From positions 111,848,001-111,912,000 of the forward strand of contig NW_026262581.1 in NCBI RefSeq assembly GCF_021869535.1: 64,000 nt of DNA. Reading direction: 5' to 3'. The notes beneath the pieces are model-generated. The model made no database searches and was not told the DNA's origin. It saw only the letters and a list, made by a program, of their open reading frames with translations. Every line of letters begins with the position of its first letter. The stretch's first letter is position 1. Shown here piece by piece: positions 49,063-60,880 of the stretch. A program made the position numbers and the translations under genes. Source of the stretch: Mytilus californianus. Lineage: Eukaryota.

Positions 49063-52000
49063 CTAGAAAAAATGAAATTATAATGAAGCATCTATATAAT
49101 CTGACTGCACTTTCGTGCTTCTAGCTACTACCTTTTTTAATTAGATTAAACCAAACATGTCTATAAAAACGGGTATTAAGACTTTTAGTTCAATTGAGTA
49201 AAAATCAAGATAATATCATAAATATGTGTAAATACTTTAGCATGAACAGATTATTATTGAAAGTCTATTCAAAATGGACATACCATACACCCAGACTGTT
49301 GTCTATATCTGTATTTCATTGCATTATGTTGGTGTGGTGTCACTTTTGTCCATTTCTTATTAAATCCACATTTATTGATCCAGTAGTCATTACCAATCAT
49401 GGTGCCTAATCGCAAAAATAGAAAGATTTCAACGGGTCATTTCAATTCTACCATACAAAATGAACAGTGTAGTTGATCGGAGTGTGATAAATAAAAACCG
49501 GAGTCTGTTATCATTCTTTGTAGTAAGTATACAATAACTACCCATTTATTTTTATTTCTTGAGCCGATATTGATCGTCGTTTTTAATACTTACATTTAAA
49601 TGAAAAATAGAAGAGTGCTGTGAAAAGATTGCTTATAAAAGGTTGTCCTCCGTTTGCGGTAAAACTATATTTGAGTAGAGGGACTGTATCCAATATTAAA
49701 TCTTGTCGTCGGGATAGGGGTTTCATACTACGAAAACATGTTAATTTAACGTTTCCCCCCGACTTAACGTTTACAGCGTACATAAGTTCATTCATAACTG
49801 CATATAGGTTGTAGCTTTTATCGAAATTGATGAAGTTTGTTTTTGGGGCACAAGTGAAGAACATAGTGTTATTGTCTTTCTTTTCAAACAATACTTGTTT
49901 GATTTGGTACTGAATATTTACTAAGAAAAAATATATATAACCGAAAGGTAAAGAATAGCAGTTGTGGTGTCAATAATATACATACCACATAGAAGATAAG
50001 TTTGTCCTACTTTTAAGTTCATACCACAATAACTGGTACATCCCTTTGACAAAATTTGCATGGTTGTATTCTTTTCACATGGGCCCTGTTTCAAAATGAA
50101 AAGCAAAAGCATGAATTTACTTGAAATAGAGAGGCGAAAGATACCAAAAGGACATTTAAACTCATTGAACTATCGTTGTCTCAAAAAGAGGTATGTTGAA
50201 TTTCCGTATAATTTGTTTCACTCATGGAGTCATAATTCGAATGTTAATGAAAACTGTTTAGATTTGAATGTAAAATATAAGCATCAACAGTATTAAATAT
50301 ACCAATAATTGAATAAAACAAAACGTTATTAAGCGTTGAATTAGGAAGCTGCTTACAAGGAAGCTATTGAACCAAGGTTTTTAAATATAAACTTGAAGTC
50401 ATTCAATCCAAATTTTCACGAACGTCGTCATAAATTTTTAGACTACAATCTCTATATTTCGGATGACAATGGATATGTTTCATTGTCACCAGAATCCTGT
50501 CCTCTTGTCTCTATTGTGACATCACCGAGTTTGACTTATCACCGTATTTTTACTTGCTAACAGCAGCACGACGTAATCCACTAGTGGAGCAGGAACCGAT
50601 TACCGTCGGAAGCACCCGAGTTCACCACCGATTTTTGATTGGGTTCTTCTTGCTAAATCTTTAGTTTCCTTTGTAAACATTTGTAGCTTTTTGACTGTCT
50701 TTTCGTCGTTTTGCTTTTGGCTATGCTGTTTGTCTTCGACTTGTGGGTTTTTATTAACCCCCTTGGTATCTTCTGTTCTTTGAACTATATATATTACCAA
50801 AATGGATTAGGTTTAATCTACCATTTTCTACATAAGGAAATGCCTGTACCAAGTCAGGAATATGACAGTTGTTTTCCAATCGTTTGATGTGTTTGAGCTT
50901 TTTTTTTGCACTTTCCGTTTTGAATTTTCCTTGGAGTTCGGTATTTTTGTTATTTTTCTTTTTTACTTTATACAATAAGGTGCTGTGGTATGATTTCCAA
51001 TGAAACAACTATCCACTAGAGACCAAATGATGTAAATTTTAGTAAATGTTCGTACAAAACAACAAACGGAAAACAAAAATGATATACAGCAAGAAACGAC
51101 AAACATTTAATTACAGACTCCTGACTTGCATGAGACCATGTATAGCGTTACTTCCGATATGTTTTTTGTTTCGGTTAACAATGCCCCATTTATATATTTT
51201 GGAGATAATTTGATATTTACATGTAGTTCCATGTTCAAATACATCACAACCTCTTAGTAAACACTTGTAGCTTCCATGCTGTTAATTTAAGTAATGATTG
51301 GAGACCTTTTTTAAACTAGTGTGGAATAAATTTAGGGGAATTCATCTACCATATGAAATAAAAGGCTTATGTTTTGAATTGATTCCCAAAAACTTATTAT
51401 CAGTCACAAACTTTTTTGTACAGTGAAATGTGTCGGTCGTTCTTTTAAATATTTCAAAATGATCTATTCTCCAAACAAATAGCTCATACAGTTACAGGAT
51501 ATTGTCCTTATCATTTATTAGTATATGTCACGAGAGTTCTTTTCGGCGTTCTATTTTTTTTTTTTTTTTTTTTTATTTTTATTGATAATACACAAAATGG
51601 ATCATGAACAGGAATTACCAAAACTTTGGGACATCACAGCAGAGAACATCAGCCATCAACACCTAACTCAAAAAGGATAAAAAAAGACGCAAAAACAGGA
51701 AAAAACAAACAATGAACAACACATAGTCCAGGTAACTTGACTTCGCACAGGCACAAAATGAGGTGAGTTGAAAGCAGTTAGGTACAACCCCTCCATTTCT
51801 CGAAAATTTGCAAATCTATTTTTGTTCAGCTGAATTTCAGACGTTGTTTTAGAAAAGTGTACAACGATACCAAAATTAACTAAAATAAATATTAGAAAAA
51901 AACCCACAAATATCAGCAAATAATTCGGAAAACAAATATCTTTCATCAGTATGTACTGATTGATGCAAAATGGCCCGTTTGTTATAATCGTCCAAAACAG

Positions 52001-52815
52001 CCCCCCGTTCGAAAGATTTCTTGGAATTATATAAATAATCAGCTTTAAATCCTAGAAATTTTTACTTTTAATTTCCTAGATTACTTGGATTAAATATTTT
52101 TTCAGCAACAAATGTAACCTCTGTGTGAAAGACACTTATATATTATAGAAATATCGAAACCAAAACATCAAAAGAAGAATATTGAATAAACCAATATATT
52201 TCAATCGTACAGACCATCAGAAAAATGTTGCCATCGTGCCAAGTTTAAAGTTTAAGGTCCTTACCTTCAGCACTTTTTTGACATACACGCTGTATTTGTT
52301 GTCATGCCTTTTATTTTCCAAATCTTTACCATGAGGTGCATCATCAATCCACACTTGTTTCTTCACTTTAACAGTTCCTTTGATGCCTATATAAATATAA
52401 ACGTAAATAAAATGTAATAAAACATAGTGTTTGAAAATAATGAATATACGCGGTTAATAAGTCACGAAATAGTTCTATGCACTCAAAAAGGCGAAGATGA
52501 CATCGAACTAGTTCGACCTATTGTTTAGTTTTATTTCAATCTATCGTCTTAATTCATTTATTTCCTCGTTTTTGCCTCATTTTATCATTTTTTTTAAACC
52601 AGCTGTTCTGTTTAATTCTTGTTTGGAATATTGTTTTCGGTTTCTTTTGGATAAAGAGCGTACCAAGTAAGCTCTATACAATAGATTTACTACTTACAAA
52701 AGTCTGAAAAGTCAAATAACGTCATTGGATGGTATGGTCCTGGGCATACACACTTGGTTTTCCCGGCTGATGCAGCCGTAAAACCAACAGCCATTAATGT
52801 CAAAAGCTGCAACAT
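48880..52815 (-). CDS. TIMP: Atypical TIMP (metalloproteinase-inhibitor-like), 214 aa; complement(join(48880..49062,49284..49405,49986..50085,52265..52386,52698..52815))
   Basis: Signal MLQLLTLMAVGFTAASA, CVC..HP..F.FSDF.IKG, YSVYVKKVLKG, YCGMNLKVGQTYLLCG, KC.F..KW..VT..Q...MKYRY...GC, C-terminal C..W; GT-AG junctions with phases 1,0,1,0. Confidence 0.9.
49284..49405 (-). CDS. TIMP: TIMP exon 4
   Basis: attag|GTMIGNDYWINKCGFNKKWTKVTPHQHNAMKYRYRQQSGCM|gtatgt. Confidence 0.9.
49986..50085 (-). CDS. TIMP: TIMP exon 3
   Basis: aaacag|GPCEKNTTMQILSKGCTSYCGMNLKVGQTYLLC|gtatgt. Confidence 0.9.
50790..50965 (+). mobile_element. Short fragment of the PLE 3' tail (family A; also 17430-17542 and 52925-53070)
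   Basis: aaatgcctgtaccaagtcaggaatatgacagttg..ggagttc(g/a)gtatttt is identical in type to 32280-32432. Confidence 0.8.
52265..52386 (-). CDS. TIMP: TIMP exon 2
   Basis: tatag|CIKGTVKVKKQVWIDDAPHGKDLENKRHDNKYSVYVKKVLK|gtaagg. Confidence 0.9.
52698..52815 (-). CDS. TIMP: TIMP first coding exon (signal peptide and N-terminus)
   Basis: gtacag|agtc ATG: MLQLLTLMAVGFTAASAGKTKCVCPGPYHPMTLFDFSDF|gtaagt; the acceptor implies an upstream non-coding exon. Confidence 0.9.
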
Positions 52816-55800
52816 GACTCTGTACAAAAAAGAAAATCTAAAATAGTGCCTTCTTCATTCGTGAAAAATACCTTCTTGAACTATAAAAATAGTTAATAAT
52901 AAAAATTAATTGTATAACGATATGAAAGAAAATGCCTGTACCAAGTCAGGAATATGACAGTTGTTGTCCATTCGTTTGATGTGTTTTGTCATTTGATTTT
53001 GCCATGTGATTAGGGAATTTCCGATTGAATTTTCCTCGGAGTTCAGTATTTTTGTGATTTTACTTTTTTCTCAATACAGAGGTGAAATGTTTTATGGTTT
53101 CTATTTAACCTGGACATCAATTTTCAGTTTGCTTGGTCTCATGTATGTTTGATTGATATATGAATATGAAATCACATGAAAACATATTACTTTGAATTAC
53201 AGACTACATTTCTGGCTATTGGTATTTCAGATGCAATAGTTGAGCTAGATCAAATTCTGCTTTTTTTATTCTTTTTCTTTCTTTTCCCCAAGAAGAAAGG
53301 TTATCGTTTGATAATTTGGTTTATATGGTCTTACCTTATGCTAGCTGATCTTCGTCTGAATTTAGTAAATTATGAATTAACTTTTCCTTTTTATACGGGT
53401 GTCTTCCATAAACATGACATATTGAGAACATAACGTCATTAGCACACATGTTTCTAATTAGAAAATAATGTCAATATACCACTAAAAAGTGAAAAACTCC
53501 TCCCAAAAACTAATTCATTCACACTCCTTTCAAGACATTATCATTTGCAAAAGGTGAACAAACTACTTAACGCGTTTAAAATCTATTCCTTTTTGAATTT
53601 GTGAAAAGGTTGACTTGTAGTTTATGGTAACGTATGCCTCAAATGATAATTTTCCAGTCAATTAGGTACCAGTCATAAGGCTGTAATTTAAACATTATTA
53701 ATGTTGATGAAATTGAAAAAGTGCGAATAGATCAAAGAAAGGGAGAAAAAATGTTCTGAGATGAGGGATCGTTTCACAAACAGGAAAGAACTGTAAAGTC
53801 TACAGATTTATGCAACGATACTGTTAAGATACAATAAAAAAATCATGAAATCGTATCGTATCGAAAGACAAAACAAAGATAAAACTTTTCCTTTAAAAAT
53901 GATATATAACTTCTCATAACACGTATGTAAACGTTTGAGGCCTTAAAAACCAAATTGGTCCAAACAACAACCCGAAAATATCTATGTGAGATACAATCCT
54001 ATCTTTTTAACGTATTCACATAACTTTATAAACTAGAAATTAACTAGCAAAATGTATCATTTACATGATGCCATTACCGAAATACTGGCTATACTGGGAG
54101 GCTGTTTCCCTTGATGATTGATAGTCCACGGGTAGTGGTACCGACCAAGTTGTGGGGAAAAATTATATCAAGTTTTGGTTTTTACAGTGGTAAAGGCTTA
54201 GTTGATGTCCTAGTGAATACTTTGTAAGAACATTTACAGTACGTATATCGAAGAATATATCTTTATCACTAAAAGAAAGTGTAGAAGAAAAATAGTTAAC
54301 CCGTCGAACCTTACAAAGAAAAAGGAAATCTAGACAATCCAGATAGTTTTCCTTCCGTTAAAAGTCAATCTATACTATTATACTGTTTTCATTTGTTTTC
54401 GTTTGGAATTTTGCCTAAGAAGAAGAAATGAAGTGTACTTAATTCAATTGCATATCCATAATTCAATATTCATTATAAATAGTTATATATATTAGTCTTG
54501 GAAAAATTATATATTCATTTAAAAACAAACTGCTTTGAACTAGCTTTTAGTAAATGTGAGTGCTCTTAGGTCTGCACTTTTTGCCTTTGTCTTTTTTAAA
54601 GTTTATGTGATTAGTGTCGATCTGATGTCAAACTCTTACTAACTGATTTTTACAGTTTGCTCTTGTATTGGGCTATTACACCACTATCTCAGGTTTGGAT
54701 TGGTAACTGCCACTCATAAACATTAAAAACCCCTGCAACATCATTTATAGGACAGTCCTGTGTCTGGAGTCTGTTATCAAGTGATTGTCCTTGATTCATT
54801 TCTGTCACTATCAAGTTCCGGCTTATTGTTTAGTAAAAGTGAGGTAGTTGGTTTTCTCTTTTGAATTGTTTCACATTTTGTCATTCCGGGGCGTTTCATA
54901 GCTTTTTTATATCTATACGGTATGAGTTTTTGGTCATTATTGAAGGCCGTATAGTGTGTAACTAGTTCACATCCTCATCCTTTGGACTTTGGTGGATAGT
55001 TGTCTCATTGGTAATCATACCACATTTCAATATTTTTACATTTATATTGCTCCATTTGTCAATCGCTCACGCAAATTCTTTTCGAAGTAGTTGCATGAAA
55101 TTTAGGTTCAAATTTAACTACTCGTAATGGTAAGGTGAATCAGATTTGCACTATGAAGATCCACCATTAAAAAGGGCAAACGTGATCAATGAGCCTTTCT
55201 TCTTCTTGCCCATGGAAAAAAAACGACGAAAAGACAAACAATAGTCACAAGACACTACACAGCACAGAAAGAAAACTAAAAAAATGAACAACACAAAACC
55301 CACTAATGGCACCCGTCTTGTTGTTCACGGTTAGTATTCGATTATTACACAATCGAGGAAAAGAGGAAAGGATTATGGCTACGATGAAAGGAGCATCAAT
55401 TCGTTGTAATCCGTGACACTAATATTCCATACTTAAAGATTTACAGTTTCTAACCGCTAAATGAGTTTTCGTGATTGAATATTCTGTGTTTTACGCAAAT
55501 TTTCTAAAAGGAATATTCTTGCTGTATTGACCTGGCCGTCTTTGGTATTTAAGTCAGCGTAAATAACTCTGACCCGAATTTGCCACAAATGAGGATTGAC
55601 TCATCTAGCGTTTTAAACCTAACTAAGTACTGCTATGACTATGAAAATAAAAATAACAATCTCGTAAATCAGATGTCTGAGAGAACATGGTAAAGTTATA
55701 AGTTGTGTTTGGCTTTGAAGTATTTGCGAGTACTCTTTGATTGGTCAAGCCATTTCAAACAGGTTTTTACAATTTGTTTGTATGTTGTTTTGTTACACTT

Positions 55801-57149
55801 CTTTCCCAGGTCAGGGCGAGATTTATAAACATAAACTCCACCAAATTCTTTATGTGTATGTCCCCTAATCAAGAGCCTGTATTTCTGTGGTTTTAGTTAG
55901 TTTCTGTCTGTTGTATTTTTTTTTCGTGTATGGTTTTGTTATAAATCATGTCAAGATTTTGACATTGTTTTTTCACAGACCAAAAATAAGGGTAAAAATG
56001 ATTTTTGAAGTTTTGTCCAATCCCTTTTACCTTGTTCTCTGCCTATATAAAACAATGACTTTTTGTTAATCTGAAAAAGAACATAAAAATAAGGTTCTCA
56101 GTTTTTTAAATACTTTATATTTTAAGGGTTAAAGTCAGCGTTAATAATTCTGACTCGAACTTGTCAGGGTTAAGGATAGTTTCATCTAATAAAACAAAAC
56201 AAAAATTAAAATTCCTCAAATTGATTAACAGATTTCTTAATGTAAATATCTTATAGTATCTGCTACTTATCACAATATTAAATCTCTTTTATTGTGATCT
56301 TCAACCGAAGACATTCAGAACCTTTATTTCAGATACAGAGCTGCAAAAGAAGTGTATTTAATTTGCTTTTGTTTTTGTAAAGAGTTTTGTGTCGTGTATT
56401 ATTACAACATATCCTTTCTTTTTTTTTAATTTCAACTACCATTGTAAGTAAAGCAAACAGCAAACAGCGATTTGGAAGTTTTTACTTTATCAATATACGG
56501 AAAGACAATTGGTCCTTATATGATACTACTATATTTTGAGACAATTAAGGCACGACAATTCAGCAAGGTCATGTGTATTCAATTAAACAAAGTCGAGCTT
56601 TATAATCAATACTCTCTCTAAAAAACAACGTTTTGGCCATGCAACTGATTTATAATACCTCATCTGCAAACTTCTTGTTCATAGAAAAATAAAACATTTC
56701 GTGCATTACAAAGATCAGGTTTACATAGAGAGAAGGGTTTCCCGATGCTTAACACAGCTAAACGTTAGTGGATCAAGTAATCCTCAACCCACATAGCTGC
56801 TGAGAACAATAAAATAAAGTTGTTAATATGACTGTCAAATGGAACAGTAACTCAACAATGGTAACAAAGACAGAAGGTAAAGGTATAATAATGAACAACA
56901 GCCGGTATCTTATGATAATAGTGATATAATTTGTTCATAACGTTAACTATAAACTTAATAGTTATTTTCAGAAAAACGTGAAGTTTTACAGTTTCTTTGA
57001 TTTCTTTCTTTCCGTAAATTCCTGGAAGGTTACTGATAATCTATCGATATTGATCCCTTTCAAGTTATGTCTTTGTGAGCAAGTTTTCATTCCAAAAACA
57101 TTTGATGGATATTGAAAAGAAATCAAGGAATGGTTATAAAGGAGACTGT

Positions 57150-57385
57150 GGTTCATAAGTGTTTCTCGTTTCTCGTTTGTTTTTTATATAGATTAGACCG
57201 TTGGTTTTCCTGTTTGAATGGTTTTACACGAGTCATTTTTGGGACCCTTTATAGCTTGCTGTTCGGTGTGAGCCAAGGCTCCCTGTTGAAGGCCGTACTT
57301 TGACCTATAATGGTTTACTTTTACAAATTGTGACTTGGATGGAAGGTTGTCTAATTGGCACTCATACCACATCTTCTTATATCTA
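57150..57385 (+). mobile_element. Short interspersed repeat, family B (inverted fragment at 44105-44200; related copies at 26060-26200 and 54890-55030)
   Basis: gaaggccgtactttgacctataatggtttacttttacaaattgtgacttggatgga..ttgtct..attggcactcataccacatct. Confidence 0.75.
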
Positions 57386-60305
57386 TGAAATAGTTATGTA
57401 GCATTTGTTTCAGTTTAAATCCACACACAAATTGCTTCCTTTTCAGACAGTGTTGTGTTTTTTTCATAACTGATTCAATCTTTTCATAAAAGGAAACCCT
57501 CTTTCAAATTTGAATGGGAGTCTGACATGTACACGTAATTCTTTGATATTGGTACAAGTCAACTTCACACAAGAATGTTCTGAATTCCTGAAATTCATTC
57601 TGATACTAGAACAACATGTTCTGATGAAAGTAAAACCCGAGACATAAAAGTCAACCTTAACAAGAGATAAAGAAAACTTAATGATGAAAAGATTATCATC
57701 AGAATGATGAACAGTTGACAGATATATACTTCCAACTACTTTAGTGTAAGTGTAAATTAAATAACTGCACACTGTGATAATTCGTCCATGGAAAAGTTTA
57801 TTTTAGTTATTTTTTCTTTTTAATTTTCTATGAAAATTATTTGTTCAATAAAAAAGATTCAGTCTAAATTTTAAAATTATTAAAAATGTATTACACAAAT
57901 TAAAAGCATTTAAAAGGGTTATCATTTTTACAACAATGCATGGTGTCAATCAATAAAAAATATATAAATGACAATCAATAATCAAATGTAAACTAAAATG
58001 ATCAAAGTAATGATATTTCGTCATTACGTAAACCATTACAATTCAACATATCAGTATTGAAAGGTTGACCATGATTTGTGGTTTAGATGCAGCAGTATTT
58101 TACCAGAAAAAGGAATAAAAATTCAACATTTTTTTTTATATATTTAATTTTTTTTTTATTTGAGCAGGCAGTGACATTTAATTTCAGTGTCAGTTGTTAC
58201 TGCTATTTTTTACATTTTTTTCATATATATAAATGATCTGTTTTGGTGTTGATAATGATAAATACTTTTGTAAAAATATGATTAGCATAGAACGGATCTT
58301 CACAACCCAAAGGAACTAAAAAAGTTGTGATCAGATGATGTTTTTTAAATAAAAGCAATCAAAAAAATGTATCACTTCATAAATAGATACCAGTCAAAAC
58401 CATCTACGTTTGGATTGAATAGGCATAATTTATAGAGAATTACAACTACAAACAACCTGGATTAAAACTGCCTGAATAAGTTAGTTGCTGAATATTAAAA
58501 CATCATGAAATTCAATAAGATGGAAATCATTTTGATAACTTTTCACCTTAAATAATTAATAATATTTCATAAATTTATGAAACAAATGTCTCACAATTGT
58601 ATGTTGAATGTGCATTATTACCCTTGTGTATTTGGTGTGATGGTTTACGCACAATATAATGTTGTCTATAATTTTACATTGTTCTTAAAGCTGATTTAAA
58701 AATTTACAACTTTTATTGATAAATCGTTAGAATAAAACTTACATACTACTTTCAATTTCAATGTTTAATTTTAGCGTTAACCATGTTTTAAAAACGGTAA
58801 TTTGTTTGTTTCTTCTCTTTCTAAGTTTTTTATTATTATTATTATCATTATTATTATTATCATTATCATTATTGTATCAAAATATAAATTGAATATGTTT
58901 TTTTTTATTTGAACAGCATTGAATGAAATGATCCTTATATGGCAATGTAATAAAAGATTAATATGTAGGCAATGTTAAACCTTTCAGAATATGTATTGCA
59001 CTTAGTACTTCTTTATGTCAAAATGACACACACAAGTTTTATGAAACACTCTTTCAATTGCAACTGTCAGTGATTCAATAAAAAAAATTTAAAATCTGCA
59101 AAAATTTCATGCACTGCAAATGAACATGAATGACATTTTTTGTTCAAGAATTAAGAATATTTGAATGTCTGTCAATGTGTGATTAATGACAGCACAATAT
59201 ACATGAATTTTTCTTGAAAAACAGGAACAGTTCAAAATGTCACGAACTGATTTTTTTCATTAACGGTTCATGAATATTGTCAAATCATGAATAAAAACTT
59301 GAAATTTGCTACCCATGAACCATTCTTGTCCATTTGCCTTTCATGAACACTTATAAAAGTATTCATGAATATACGTGTATCATTGTGTAATCGTGATCTT
59401 TTTCGGTGAACTATTGATAAATATTTTATGAACATTTAGTTATTGTTAATCACCTTGCAGAGGAAAGTCATCCCATGCATGTATTTATATAAACAACTTG
59501 TTTCAAGACTTTTTTTAACAGAAGCTTTTTATTTCATTTTCCACAGATTAAGAAAAATTAATGATAAGATTAAATTAAAAAGCAAAGTCATGATGAAAAG
59601 TTAGAGAACCCCAGGAATAGTAATGAAACCAAAGTAATGCAAGTTAAAAAAAAACTTGTTCGTCTGTATAACTAAAATATATCTACAATATTAAATATTT
59701 GAAACATCTGAATATGTAAAAAATGTCAAATACTGCTACAGCATAACCATTTTTGAATTTGAATTGGATTTTTATGTAAAGATTTAGAAATTTTTATTTC
59801 CTGGTGCTAAAATCTAAATATATTTCAATCGGAAAAGCTGCTGATAGTTATTAATATTATATTTAATAAATCTGTGTGAAATGCACCATGGAAAAGATCG
59901 ACAAAATTGGACATAAGATTGAATGAGATTAAAAGATTTTTTTGGGGAAAAAAACCGTAGAAGAAAGTGTTCTGAAAAGTTAGTACCATTTCTGTTGAAA
60001 ACTCTTTTTAATCTCTGAAAAAAGAAAAACAGATATGAAAATATACTTTTCATTTATAATGTCAAAACATAGTATTCAAATGTCAAAATTTAATTCTGAA
60101 TCAGATCTTCACAAAAATAAATATTTGTTCCGTCTAAACTCAAAACAAGAAAAAAAAAACTGAGTCTCTCTGTTCCGCTGTCGACACAAATATCTTAAGT
60201 TATCCAAAAGAGAATAAAAAGATATAATAAGGTTCAACTAACAATAGAAGTAAGAGGAAAGAGTAAATAATTTTGATTACAATTACTATCAAATTCTAAA
60301 AATGA

Positions 60306-60880
60306 TCAGAATGTTAGTGTCTCTGTATAAGCCTCTGTGAGATAATTTTTTGGTACCAATCCAAATTTACCATTTAATTCACCTACCCACCATGAGCGGT
60401 CATCAAAATCTCTATTTATAATATAAATAATATCACCCTTTTTAAAGGACAGCTCTTTATCATTATCCCCAGTACAATCCCATTTCCCAATATACATATT
60501 TTCAAAGTCATCCTTATTTCTGTAAGACTTTAGTTCCTCCTCCTCAACTGGTGGTGGAGGTGGGGGAAGTTCTTCTGTCTTTTTATATGGCTCCCTTATA
60601 GGTGGAAGTGGTCTGGATTGGTAAGGATCCTCATCAGGAACGGGTGGCGGCGGAGGACGTGCAATTCGAGGTGGAGGTACAGATGGCACAGAAGGAGTTG
60701 ATGCATCTTCATACAACTCATCTTGTATTGGGGCAGATGCTCCCTCATCATAAATATCTTCTTGTATAGGTTTTGGTGGATAAGCTACTGGTTCTGCTTC
60801 ATAAATATCTCCTTCTGTTCCATCATCATAAAGTTCTTGTGACTCATGTGCATCGTCTCCAACAGGCTCATATATATCAC
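60306..60880 (-). CDS. SKAP2: SKAP2-like last coding exon
   Basis: ttcattttag|GDIYEPVG...SH3...TETLTF*; 575 nt open. Confidence 0.9.

Noticed and set aside
57464-57772. 102-aa minus-strand ORF and coding-like plus-strand stretch
   Set aside because: No recognisable domain, TTG/GTG-type start, no consistent splice context
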